Program-made: the position numbers and the translations under genes
Notes under the pieces: generated by a model
The model's database searches: none
What the model was told of the DNA's origin: nothing
Seen by the model: the letters and a program-made list of their open reading frames with translations, nothing else
Shown here: piece after piece, positions 20,604-64,000 of the stretch
How the letters are laid out: each line of letters begins with the position of its first letter
Position numbering within the stretch: position 1 is the stretch's first letter
DNA from: Tubulanus polymorphus
Lineage: Eukaryota; Animalia; Nemertea
DNA: 64,000 bases
Direction: 5' to 3'
NCBI RefSeq assembly: GCF_964204645.1
Contig: NC_134030.1
Coordinates: forward strand, 18,498,210 to 18,562,209

Positions 20604-23600
20604 CTACCGTTCACTGATAACGAGCTCGAATGGTTTCGACATGCAGAAAAACGGATTGGTCAAGAAATTCGATTCGAGCTGCGAGTCTTTCACGGGGCTA
20701 TCCGCCGGGAACCTGACGCTAAACTTCTGCATGATACTCGTGAAGAATAGAAACACGTGTTGCCTGCCGACACTTTCACCGACACACGATCGGCGACCGG
20801 CGCTGAACGCTAACCACGATTTGGGCCGCGCGATGATTTTACCGTCCGCGTGGATGAACCGTTCGGGTTTGAACGATTCCGGCTCGTCCCAGGCCCGCAC
20901 GTCGCGATGGCAGGCGTAGATGTTCGCCCAAACCTGACAGTCTTTAGGAATGTCAAAACCGTCTGTAATGAAATGCGAAGAAATTACAATCAGAATCGAA
21001 TCGGTAAAACTCGACGATGGGGATATTGGAATTTAGTTATGAATCCTTCAAAAGTTTCCACGATTAGGGCCTTTCGGGAAAGTGCCAGAGTTATGTGGGT
21101 TTTACTTGTGTCTAGCTTCGGGTGTATAAAGTTGCATGGTTAATAATAATTTCAAAAATCATTACAGCGTATATACACGTATGATAATCATTTGTCTATC
21201 TTTCTGTATGGGTTAAATATGATTTTAAACCTATATAGTTTCTTTGGTTGCGTGGGTTTGATTTTACTCTGGGCCAAGTCATACAGTGGAGGGGTTTAAT
21301 TTGACTCCAGTTAAATTGTTTGGTTCCACTGTTCAATGGGTAATTTGATTTGGATCCCCGTTCCACGGTTTTAAGCGGGTTTAATTTGACTTTGAACCCA
21401 ATTCCACGGTAGGGTTTCGTTTCGTTTCGCTTCGATACCGTACAAAGTTTGATTTGACTCTGTATCCAGTTCCACGGTGGTGGAATTGGGTTGATTTGAC
21501 TCTGGAACCAGTCCCACAGTTGCGTGGATTCAATTTGACTATGGATCCAGTTTCACAGATGCGTGGGTTTAGTTTTACTATATTATACCCAGTTCTACAG
21601 TTGCGTGGGTTTAGTTTGACTATGGATCCTGTTTCACGGTTGTGTGGGCTTAATTTGACTTTGAACCCAGTTACACAGTTGCGTCGATTCAATTTAACTG
21701 TAGACCCAGAATTACCTATTTGCACGTCGCAGGCGGCAGTATGGATCGCTACCGGTCCAATCGGACACAACCTCAATGTCTCATGCATTACCGCGTCGCA
21801 ATAAACCAATGTTTGTTTATCTGACATCTTTAACGGTCGGTCGCCTGTGTTTGAAAAAACAAATCAGAAACTTCTAAAATATACTAGATTTAGCAAATAA
21901 AAACCAACAGTAGATTTGTAGAAAAAGTCTATTTTCTAGCAGTTTATAGGTTAAAACTAAACCTTTTCTTCAGAGAAACAAAAACAATACAATGATACAT
22001 TTTTGTATTTCTTTACTGTTAGAAAAGAAACTTTTTCTACAAATCTACTGCGGGTTTTTATTTGCTACTAATTCACTGGGATTTATATCAGTTCACTACA
22101 GTCATACTAGATTTAGGTTTCAAATGTCTCGACAAATGTGTAATTATACCGACATAAACCGATATATGACTGCAATTAACTGATATCAATCTCAGTTTAG
22201 AGTTAACAAATAAAAACCCACAGTTAGATTTGTAGAAACAGTTTATTTTCCTTAGAGTTTCGAGGCTTTAACTATAAGCCTCGTCATCAGAGGAACAAAA
22301 AAAAACACAATAATGAATTACAATAATTCAAAATTATAGAGTTAAAGCCTCGAAACTCTAAGGAAAATAAACTGTTTTTAAAAATCTAACTGTGGGTTTT
22401 TATTTGTTTTTTATATACCTATATATTCATCGAGTTCGTCTTGAATTCGCGTCTGCACTTCGGGATGTTTTGCCATGAAATACATGATCCAGTACAACGT
22501 ATGCGTCGACGTATCAACTCCGGCTGAAACATTTAAACGCAATCTGTTTCATTTGAAATCCGTTTTGATTAATAGTGATCTTTATTTAACTGAGTATTAT
22601 TTCCGTATACATAATCACACGTTTTTAAATCAATTTCATGTTTATTACCGCAAGCAAGCTGTACAACGAATATTCAGCGACTCGCTTTATTTTGATTCTA
22701 GAACCAATCCTAAAACTTACGACCGGCCTAACATCAGTTGGTAATGTGATACATTTATGCACATATTAAGTCGCGTCTATGGTCTCTGGCTCAGTTTGGT
22801 TCTTTGTTGACTAATCAAACACGCAACTGGACACTAGTCCGGGCTAATTTTCGTTGTAAAAGCATCGTTAAACATAGAATCGGTCGAAGATCATTTTGTT
22901 GTTCTTTCCGCAATCTAACAACTAAAGCTTATTTTGGTTCCATGACCGTAACTCTAGCAACTTGCGACCGGCCTTAGTTCATTTAGTCTAAGTTCATGTT
23001 CTATAACCAATGTAACGAATTGAGTACAATCTCAGCTCATGTTAGTTCTATGACTAATATAATACTTCAGAGCTTATTTTGGTTCTATAACTGATCTCTG
23101 AGACCAGTCTAAGCTAATTTTGGTTCTATAACCAATCATACAATGTAAGACCAGTCTAAGCTTATTTTGGTTCTATAACCGATCTCTGAGACCAGTCTAA
23201 GCTCATTTTGGTTCTATAACCGATCTCTGAGACCAGTCAAAGCTCATTTTGGTTCTATAACCTATCTTTGAGACCAGTCTAAACCCTGGGTAAACATACT
23301 GTAGATATTACCTCCAAACATATCACTGATTATTTGAACAAGATGTCTATCGGTGAATTTATCTGCTAGTTGCGGATCTTCTTGACGAGTTTTTTCTCTT
23401 GCTTGTAATAAGTAGTCGGTGATATCGGTTAGATGTGCTACAATTCATAGACAATTGATCGATTATCTTGTGAAAAATACGAATGATCGTGGATAGATTA
23501 ATGTTACTCTAACTGGAGCACCCTCTAACGGATTTTTGTTTTTACATCCCAACTTACAATGTTATAATGTATCACCCGGTAAACGTAACAGTGCTGCTGT

Positions 23601-26600
23601 CTGTACCCTGTAATCCAGCTGACAATCAGCTGCCTGTACCCTGTAACCCAGCTGACAATCAGCTGTCTGTACCCTGTAACCCAGCTGACAATCAGCTGCC
23701 TGTACCCTGTAACCCAGCTGACAATCAGCTGTCTGTACCCTTTAACCCAGCTGACAATCAGCTGCCTGTACCCTGTAACCCAGCTGACAATCAGTTGTCT
23801 GTAACCCTGCTGACAATCAGCTGTCTGTACCCTGTAACCCAGCTGACAATCAGCTGTCTGTACCCTGTAACCCAGCTGACAATCAGCTGCCTGTACCCCG
23901 TAACCCAGCTGACAGTCAGCTGTCTGTATCCTGTAACCCAGCTGACATTATGCAGTTTGTACTGTGCAACCCCTCAGACAATCAGCTGCCCGCACCATGT
24001 ACCATTCAGACAGTCGGATGATGTACCCCTTAAAGATAATCTGAAACTAGGAACTTTAACAACTCGTTAAAGTTCCTTACCAGTCGTTAGCCAACGGTTC
24101 CTCTAACCGGTTCGTTAGCTAACACTTTTTAACGTGGATGTAAACTAACTTGTCGTGAGGAACTTTAACGACTTGTTAAAAGCTAACCAAATTTTGAGCA
24201 ACAGGTCCCTGTTCTGTACCCAGCATCCCCTCAGACAATCTGCTCCCTGTACCCTGTATGAGGTAGGGTTATGTGCCGTAGCAGAATCTCGCGATTCCAT
24301 CAGATTCGAAATCCTGCCGAAGGAGGATCCATTTGCGATTCATTTCACGTTTGGATTTGTTTAAACGAGCGAAAGGCTTGATAAAAAGGATTTAGGCTGG
24401 ATTGACATGTCATGCTTGTAGCGGATCGCGACACCAGAAGCTTGTATCAATGAGGCTAATCCCACTGAGTTAAATCCATAATGGATTAATTTGAAATGCG
24501 CTTGCTTCCCTTCGCAAACAGAATATATGGTCACAAAATTGTTTAACTTAAAGCAAGCTGCCATATTCTAGTTTTTCTAAATATCCAGCGTTTTATTCAA
24601 CTCTATAGTCAAATCACTGCATTTTCAATTACTTTAACTCTTCAGTCAAAATTGAATTATTCTAATTACTCTCATTTTACCGTTAAAATCACCGCATTTT
24701 CAAGAATATATTGTCAAAATTAGTTTATTTTCATTAATCCTAATTCTTCTGTCAAAATTACTGCATTTTCACTTTAATTACTATAGTCAAGACTAGTAAC
24801 GTATTGAATGCTGCAACAATACCGCCAAAACTTGTTTATTTTCAATTAGTCAAAGAAAGTGCATTTTTCTTGATATTCTTTTTCGATTGTCTGTTGGTTA
24901 TTTTAGTATACAACAGGACCGATTCAGATATCTACCTGGATCGAATTGAGCCTTGTGTTCTTCGAAATGTTTTCTCAAAAAGCCGATCATGTGATCGAAC
25001 TGCTCGATGACTTTCCTAGTCGACGGTATCTTGTACGGAATATACTTCATCAGAGGTATGACGTCTTCTAGGACGCCGGTATTTCCGAAAAGGGTATTCA
25101 CTCCGTCCAAGGCTCGGTACAAGTCATCGAAGTCCTGGTCGCCCTCTTCGAACCTTGTGGAATTAGACAAAGTAAAAAAACTCATCACAGTATCATCGAA
25201 TTTCGATCTCCAGTCACCCCCCGATATACCGCCCGATTTCAATTTCAATTTTCGATCTATTTCTGAAGAAAGCCTGATTTGAAAATATTTTTGAACGGTG
25301 CGACGAGCTCTTTTTGAACTTTTCGCGATAACTTTTAGCATAGTTTTTACCTAGGGGATTATTACCAGTAATATGGATAATAGGGGTTCATACCAAAGGT
25401 CGAAGGGTCATTTATCTCCATATTTGTTAGTAATTGTTTCAATATTTGTAATTAAATATTTCTTATGTAATTAATTACATAACTTAATTAAAGTTAATTC
25501 ATTTAACTTTTTGAATTCATAATCTACTGATTTGACATTTGTAGTATCTTTAATTCTATTTAAGTATTCACTGTGTATTTGTTTACTCTCCATTTTAACA
25601 ACATATTTTTTATTAAAATTGATTTCATTTATATATGAAATACATGCAAATAATGTTCATTTAAATGAAATTATTAGAAGTAATAGGGATAATAGGGGTT
25701 CATATCAAAGGCTGAAGGGGAGAGTGAGCTCGACCCTTCGACCTTGGGTATGAACCCCTATTATCCCTATTACTATTACCGCTAACCCCTCAAGACACAC
25801 GCACCTATATCCGCTAGTTTATCAAACGTCGAATCATCACGAACACTTACCGTTTGTTGAACAACATGTCGCAGATGACGTTATAAACCATCAGGTTCAA
25901 TGTCGGTTTCATGTCGAAGGGCTTGTCCAGATTCTTACGAAAAACCTCGACACCTTTTTCAGCGGCCGTTTGCACCTTACTGTCAGACAGCGCCAATGAA
26001 TTTCTAGGAAGATATATTATTTTTTTATTTGTAGTTATCCAAAATCCTGCCATTGACAGAAAGCCCCCGCACCATCCCGGACGATCTGCTGTCTGTGCCC
26101 TGCAACCCCTTGACAATCTGCTGTCTGTACCCTACAGCCCCTCAGGCAATCTGCTCATCCGACGATTAATACTGGTCGAAGATAGCAGAACGCTGCGGCA
26201 TCTGCACAAAATGGAATTCACAACAACCCTCCATGACCCCTTCTGTTCAGAAAAATTGTTGTTGGAATCCTTGAAACATCCTGGCCACAAGGCAGGAATA
26301 GGAAAGAATAACCATTAAAAATGATGATTGAAAGCATAAAGAATGTATTACCTGAGACCAGACGTGACAAGCTTCCTCATTAATTTCCAAACTGGATCGT
26401 GAGGTTGACCGTTTGATATATCCCTACTACCATCCGTGAAGAAATCAACTAAAATCATAGAAGTTCGTGTTAAGCTTTCTTCTTTCTTCTTTTCTCTCCA
26501 ATTTTTCATTTTCTTAAACTGTTATCCCTCAACCCACTAAAGTGCCACGGAGTTTCGAGGTTACTTCACATATTATGAGGCTTCATAGGCAGGCTACCCT

Positions 26601-28219
26601 CAACCCACTTAAACCATCGCCGTACCGATGTTTTCTATGTGTACGTTCGGGCTTTCTTTTCCCCTCCACCAACTGAGTGCCATTCCAGGCATCGTTTAAT
26701 GAGTTTAAGGTCCGCCCCCTTCAATTGGGTAACCGCCGTACTACTGTGGCAATAGAGGATTCCACGTATGGCAGGCGAGGGTCCACCAGGTGTCACTAGT
26801 GGTTACTCGTTTACCGCGCTTCAATTTCTTCTACATTTCAATTAGATTCAATTAGAGTCAACTTTTCTCATTAGTGAAATCAATTTCCAGTAAAACTATA
26901 CCATACATTTATTGGTTACATCATTCTTATATCTATTTGATGACTTGTTCGACAAAATTTACATTTGGGAGCCTAAAAATCCTCATTTTCACTACGTATA
27001 ACTCATTACGCCAATTGGTGTGTGCCGGTAGGCTACATATTTTGAAAATTTGCACGGTTTTACAAAACTTCTTTCTTGGATCATTGAATTTTTTTATTGA
27101 TGAAATCCTCCTCCTCCCGCCGCCCCCTCCCCCCCCCCCCCGATTTGTTCGAATTGACTCACGCGACCAGGATGTTGGTCTGTTATCGATTTTATCCATT
27201 TTGACGAACGCCTTCGATACGGTATCGCCGGTGTTCAGAACTATCACGTTTTCAGGTATTCCGTAACCTTAAACGAAATGAAATTGCACGTCACCGTTAG
27301 CTGTTTTATTCGTGAGAATCTCGATTTGGAAACCGCTCAGAAGAGTCAACTTGGTTCTCACCCATTTTGAAATTAAAGATGTCGCCATATTCTTCGGCTA
27401 GCTTTGTGAAATGGAGCCACGGTGGACGTCCCTCAATCTGGAAATCTATAAAAGGAACGCACTATGTTCATTTTTAAACGCCCTAAGCTTATTTCGGGTC
27501 CGAGCCAATGTAACAACATACAAAATAAAGAGCTCTGAGCGTTCAGTCGGGCTCTGTAGCCAAAATGAATTACATATTATCGTCTATACTCATTTTATTT
27601 GGTTCTATAAATAAAGAATAATAAGATTATTTTGGCTCAATAAACAACCTAACGACTTAAGACCAGAATAAGCACATTTTGGTCTATAGCAAATCTCACA
27701 ACTTAACACCGATATAAGCTAATTTAGTTTCTATAACCAATTTAACAACTTTAGACCAGTCTTAATCTAAATTTGTTTCTATAACGAATCAAACTATCTA
27801 AGATCGGTCCAGGCTTATTTTAATTCTTATAGATTTAACTACTTAAGACCAGTTTAGGGTCATGTCTTTCATGAGGTGTAGTCATCCTTATAGTTTTTTA
27901 AATCGGATAGAATTCAAAATAGCTTGCATAGGCCTACTTAAATATATCAAATATCACAACATCGGTTAAAGACCCAAAGCGAGCGTATTAGCTGTTATCG
28001 CCGGTGTTGTCTATCGCGGAACAACGGAATCGCAGAATTTTTCAAAAACAGGGAATTCATTAATGAGGTGTCAGTGATGAATAGATGCTTACCTAACGTG
28101 TTGCCGATAAACGGGTAGCCTTTCGGTCCAGGCGGCAGATTGTAGCGTTTACGATTTTTGGCGTAGATACAAACTACGACCAGTAAACCAACAATTAGCG
28201 TTAACGTTACGGGGTCCAT
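20604..28219 (-). CDS. Cytochrome P450, clan 2 (CYP17/CYP1-like), 10 exons, 500 aa
   Basis: Exons 28219-28093, 27445-27362, 27267-27163, 26448-26352, 26003-25851, 25153-24936, 23437-23312, 22523-22419, 21844-21716, 20962-20604 (1503 nt, phase-consistent). N-terminal anchor + PPGP, WKLMR, AGVDT, ETLR, PERF, FSAGRRSCVG. Confidence 0.95.
21290..21710. repeat. Degenerate 39-bp tandem repeat (ccagttccacagttgcgtgggtttaatttgactctgga), CYP intron 9
   Basis: Period ~39; same family as 41030-41520. Confidence 0.85.
21891..22408. mobile_element. Two related fold-back elements (21891-22067; 22205-22408) with hammerhead-like cores; probable Penelope-like terminal-repeat derivatives
   Basis: Inverted arms aaataaaaacc(c/a)acag..tagatttgtagaaa; minus-strand core CTGATGA-C-GAGGCTT/AAGCCTC-GAAA at 22290-22258. 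Confidence 0.65.
22248..22295 (-). ncRNA. Candidate minimal type I hammerhead ribozyme
   Basis: UUCCU CUGAUGA C GAGGCUU auaguua AAGCCUC GAAA cuc UA AGGAA: 5-bp stem I, 7-bp stem II, intact core, vestigial stem III. Confidence 0.5.
23030..23282. repeat. ~43-bp repeat (gagaccagtctaagctcattttggttctataaccgatctct), related to the interior of the Harbinger-like MITE
   Basis: Tandem copies; shares agaccagtctaag and gttctata with 41858-42319. Confidence 0.75.
23596..23947. repeat. 33-bp tandem repeat (ctgtaccctgtaacccagctgacaatcagctgt), ~10 copies, CYP intron 6
   Basis: Directly visible; explains ORF 23567-24070. Confidence 0.95.
25375..25770. mobile_element. MITE-like element with inverted ends ggataataggggttcatacc..aggtcgaagggtc
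   Basis: 25375-25410 is reverse-complementary to ~25732-25768; a third copy lies at ~25686-25720; AT-rich interior. Confidence 0.65.
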
Positions 28220-28379
28220 TATTGAAAAGAGCAAATACGGAACGCAGCGCGAGCTTAGGGGCGTCAATGATTAAACACTAACTTATATGTATCATGGTTT
28301 ACGAAAATAAATCATTATTATAACTGAACTAATTCAATCCGGCTTAAAACACAAATTTATTGCTAAATGTAATTTCCAT

Positions 28380-28641
<262 letters not shown>

Positions 28642-28909
28642 AGTCATAATATCATATTACGAACGAATTAATGCTAATATTTTTCTAAAGTGTCCGGAAT
28701 TTTTTCATGAACACGAATCAGTGTTTAACTCCACTGCCGAATATTTTTTTTTTTTTTAGGTCAGCTAAGCTCCAGAGGACATTCGGGCAATTACAATTAT
28801 AAATGAAATGAGAGTGACATTTGACGGTGATCAAAAATTAATAAATGCACGTAAACTGATAATTACACTTAAGGATGATAACATTAATAGCAATGAATTG
28901 TAACAATAA

Positions 28910-29150
28910 AAGTAATAATAATAATAAATAATAGTAAATGATAATAATAATGATAATGATGATTATCATCATCAATTTGAGATTCTTTGGTTCCTAGAAA
29001 TGAATTTTGCAACAAGACAGATTACTGTCGAGTTTAAATCATAGTTATAAATGGAATTTCCAAAAAGTAGGAATTCGCATTTATTCAACATATTTAATCT
29101 ATTGAAATACGGAAGTAGTTGTAGGGAATCAAGCGGGGAATCCACTGCCG
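28910..29150 (-). mobile_element. Degenerate 3' end of a non-LTR retrotransposon (LINE) with a (TTA/ATC)n tail
   Basis: LLFGN..N.TVICLVAKFISRNQRI resembles LINE ORF2 C-termini and is followed directly by a trinucleotide tail. Confidence 0.5.
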
Positions 29151-31253
29151 AATGCAAAGGTATTACGATAATCTGCAGTTTGGGCCCACCCCTTCAGAAG
29201 ATCGACTATTCCCAAGTATGACGAATTTATTTGTTGATAACCTTCGCAGAAATTACACTCAGACGGAACTTTTTTGTCCCATTTACGATCAGGGTTTATT
29301 GAACCAAATTCTTATAGGAACAATATAGTAACTTTCTGGTTAATGGGCTGCGAATACATTTATAATGTTGATGATATACGAGCATGACACACCAGACAAC
29401 CTTTTGCTGGATGGATTTTTCGCGATGATGAATAATCTTTGCGAAACAACCGCCATTTTTAACTAGAGAAATCCTCAATATGACGTATGGACATCTACGT
29501 CATCGAGGAAATACCTCACCGAAGCGATGAAAACGTATCCCGAACCGAGAAAACCGTCGAATAGGCGAAACTAGACACAAATCTAAAAAAGATTTTCTTT
29601 ATTGAAATTCGTTCATTAATTAACTAATATTAATAATCAATAATAATAATAATCATAATCATAATTGACAACTGATTGCACATGCAGATAATATCAACGG
29701 TTATTTACAACCAGCTAATTAACCAATTAATAATGATAATAATGGCAATTAATCAACTTAATTAATAATATTATTTTCTATCGACATATCACTATCACAA
29801 ATAATCTTATCAATCATAATCTATATTTTCATTATCAAATATGATTTGCATAAACGCAGTGCACATACAATTCACATACATTGTTTTAATCTCGTATGCA
29901 AAATATCTTTTATTTACAAACCGAATTCAGGTCGGGAAACGAATTTCTCAACCTCGCTAAAAGCTGTTGTAGGGCTATAGACGTTCTTTTTATAAAATTT
30001 GATATTCTAGTCCAACATTGATTCATTAATTCTTTGCCGCAGTTGAAATGAGTTCATTATTGTCAATGACTTCAACACTACAGTAAAAATAAGTTCATTT
30101 TCAAACTATTCTAGAATAGCAATTAATACCTACAAACCCTTAGGTCGTAGTTATTTCAATTACTTTAAACTCTACAGTCAAAATAGTTGATTCTTAATTT
30201 ACATGTATTCCTACTCTATACAGAGTTTGCTTCAGGTTGTTTCAAAGGTTCGGACCCCTGCCTTCCCATTGACCTTAACCCAACCCTCATTTTGTCCGAG
30301 ACCGAGATTGAAAACCTGGAAACTTCACAACCGTTCTCTCAAGAAGAGATTGCATTTTCCCGGTGTATTTCATCAAAACTATCTAACACCGAGGGTGGCC
30401 CCACTGGTACCAATTGACTATGCTGCTCTTTCCCGAATGCCTTCAGGATCTCCGCCTTCCGATTTTTCTAGATGCGCCCCTATTGCAGGTAGTTTATTTT
30501 CAATAAATCAAGGCAAGTTCATTTCCATTTTCTTTCACTTTTCAGTCAAAAGTAGTTCATTTTCAACGTATTAAACTCTACAGTCAATAATCGTTCATTT
30601 CTAATTACTCAAACTATACACTCAAAATTGATTCATTTTTCATCGGTACTTTAACAGAGGTGGATCTCTTGAGTCTGATTTAGGGAGGGGTGCACTCCAC
30701 AAATTAGGCATATCGTATAACTAAAAGGGCACTACAAAAAAAGCTCATCGGAAAAGTTTAACTCTTTTTCGAAATACTTCGAAAATAAATCCTTTAGGCC
30801 AACTAAAGGAACCCTTTCACTCATTTGTTCTTTGTGTGGGGCATTTTGGTCCACTCTGGGTCACCACAGATCAGTCAGATCAGACCCTTGGCTATAAAGA
30901 GTTGTAATGGAAAAAATTTCGGATTTTTCAAGGGAGCTTTGTCTGCATCACTTTCATATCCCGATTACATTAGTCTCTACCTGAATCGGTACTGTTTATC
31001 TTGGTAAACCAGTGACCCGGTGGTTTGTAGGCAATCTTCATCCTTTACATTACCTAAACTCAGCTTCTAAACCGGCAACCCCTTAATTGGGTAAAATTCT
31101 GGTCCCAACTGTATTCAAAATTGAAGATTTTCTATTTAGAAGTTTTAAAGGAATCGAGTTGTAGGGATCCAGAAAGGCTACAAGTCATATTCAAACAAGC
31201 AAGCATATGGCTCCTGAAGTATTTTGGCAATAACTTTGTACCTGGGTCCTTAA

Positions 31254-31537
31254 CCCTTTCAATGCATCTACACCGCAGTGCGGTGTATGAATCGGTGATG
31301 GATTTTGCTAGTACACCGCACTGCGGTGTATTGGTGTAATTATCAATTAGTTTTTAGCTATATTGAAAGATGGCAGCACCTGTCAAAATGAAATATTAGT
31401 AATTAACGATACACCGTGCCGCGGTGTAGACGCACTATAGTAGTACGCCAGTTATTCAACACACTAGGGTGGAATTTTTTAAAATTTTCAAATTATCTCC
31501 AGCGCTATAGGGTATTGATTAGTCAGCAATGAAAGGG
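31254..31537 (-). mobile_element. piggyBac-type MITE (~290 bp; CCCT termini, TTAA target)
   Basis: ttaa|ccctttca...tgaaaggg|ttca; same family as 44977, 51163, 54300 and 57132. Confidence 0.85.
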
Positions 31538-32534
31538 TTCAGTATGTATTTGGTTCCATTCGAATTTGAATTTCAAAATCTGCAATCAAGTCGATATTAC
31601 TCCTCATAAGTCCTACTTCTTTCCAATGATTCAGACAGCTGAATCAAACTCGATTTCGATTCTTTAAAACGGGACCAAAAAAAAAAATTCTAACAAAAAA
31701 AATAATCTACGCGATTTTTACACATCTATTCATGATTTTATTAATTACCACGAATAAATTCATAGGGGATAAAATTTACACAAAAGAAAATAAAAAATTT
31801 AACAATATTTTCAGTTCTAGCATAAGACATTACATACATGATTGTACCCATTCATTATTGATTCTCATCGTGTAGAGGCGGGGTTGGTTTAACATTATGT
31901 ACATAGGAAGAGTCATATTTTGTCCCAGCCCCCTCCCTCGCGGATGCTTACGCACTTCGATTTTATGACAAAATATCATATCATATCACCACTAATCGAA
32001 AACTACGAAACTACATTTTTTCTTCATGCATCTAAGATAATTTTGTCGTCGAAAAGAAATAAATACAGCACAGTATCGATTACTGTCGGACGCTCTCCCG
32101 TTAAGACAGCACAAATAGCACATGATCTTACAAATTACTAATCAAACACGCGTGATGTTGGCCGGAGATGTTTCAACTACAGTGTTCGGTAAAAAACAAC
32201 ATCGCTTTTTGATGACAAGCTCCACCAACAATGACTGATGTCGCTTTTGGACTGGTTACGTTGGTAGCTGTTCATACGATAATAGACTGGTTCCTGTAGC
32301 AATTATTGATGCATTCGACTACGTCTCCTCCATACATCGGACTGGTTCCATTGAAAGCATTTGGCTCATTGGACTGGTGCCCGTAGCAATTCATGCATTG
32401 GACTAGTCCCCATTGTTTTCGATGCACTACCCACGTCGGACCAGTTCCCATCCATCGGACTAACAGTTCAGACACAACAATGTGTTGCGTTAGACTGGTT
32501 GCCAAAGCGATCGGCACGTTGGACTGGTTCGCGT

Positions 32535-63121
<30,587 letters not shown>

Positions 63122-64000
63122 CTACAATGACAAAAATGAAATGTTGTTATCGTTGAAAATTGAAATTTATAAATATTGTGATCGAAAAAGGATTGATTTT
63201 GGCTCCTATAGCTTGTTAGTATAACAAAGCGACATTTTTTCTCTCATAATATCATATTTTATCAAACATTTTTACTGTATTGATCTGTTATATATTCTCA
63301 TTTATCTAAGTTAGTAATTTGGCTAAAAATCTATGATGCTTACTAGCTCACGTCCGCAAGTTGGTCAAGACTGATCTGAATTAAGTTTAATATTTATATA
63401 AAGAACGTTAGTTTCATTGGCTAGATTATGATAGAAAGAGATAAAATGACTGTAGGGTCGCAAATAGTTTGCATGAATCTCTATACGTATATTAAACAAT
63501 TACTACTATCTTATCAAATATTGTAACACATTTGCCCTCGATGATTCAAGCAATAAACAGCTTCCAGCTTCAGAATTACATGTATCATACTCTAACTACT
63601 GATATTGTTATTCTAAAGGTACCGAGCTTAGTTCCCCGAGCACCGGAAATCTCAGGGTGCTATATTGATAACAAGAACCCAGTAGAATAGACGAGCTTTA
63701 ACCGGGCAAGTTTGAACTTAACCCTGGGTCAGCTGCACAGTCACAGTCAGGATTTAGTTAAGACCGTCGTAAGACAATCTTAGCTAAGATATCGATCTAA
63801 CAGCCTAAAACTGATCTACAATGGTTCTGTAATCAATCTGACAACTTTTAAGACCGGTGAAAACACATTTTGGTTCCATAACAAATCTAACAAATTAAGA
63901 CCAATCTTACGATTTGAGAATTGGGCCCCGGTCGAACTGCTATATGAAACCAGATAGAATATTGAAAATCAATGATTGCATTAACCTTGACCCTTGTTGA

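Noticed and set aside
27937-28010. Possible CYP exon 2 after the acceptor cgcgatag
   Set aside because: In-frame stop after 7 codons. The exon at 27445-27362 gives the expected P450 sequence in phase.

Overview
Intron-rich, repeat-rich animal genomic DNA, most consistent with a marine invertebrate; the species cannot be determined from the sequence. Seven protein-coding genes were reconstructed by hand from GT-AG sites and reading phase: (1) the 5' part of a secreted F-type lectin (-, 178-606, runs off the left edge); (2) a small secreted PAN/apple-like 6-Cys protein with no in-frame ATG (+, ~3663-4339); (3) a complete 13-exon ATIC/PurH (-, 5895-13107, 590 aa); (4) a divergently oriented, uncharacterised 631-aa protein with a degenerate PHD-like finger (+, 16200-19412); (5) a complete 10-exon clan-2 cytochrome P450 (-, 20604-28219, 500 aa); (6) a TANC/rolling-pebbles scaffold (-, 32535 to >63121, 5' end outside the window); (7) a 4-exon secreted Cys-rich + WAP-domain gene nested antisense in a TANC intron (+, 40974-42501, 107 aa), which the ORF track misses entirely. 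Non-coding highlights: ATIC intronic minisatellites that multiply the gene's own splice donor (8x) and acceptor (~16x); tandem arrays of CTCF-consensus-like motifs; Penelope-like fold-back elements with hammerhead-ribozyme-like cores, including an 11-copy array; and piggyBac-, hAT- and Harbinger-type MITEs plus LINE 3' ends.
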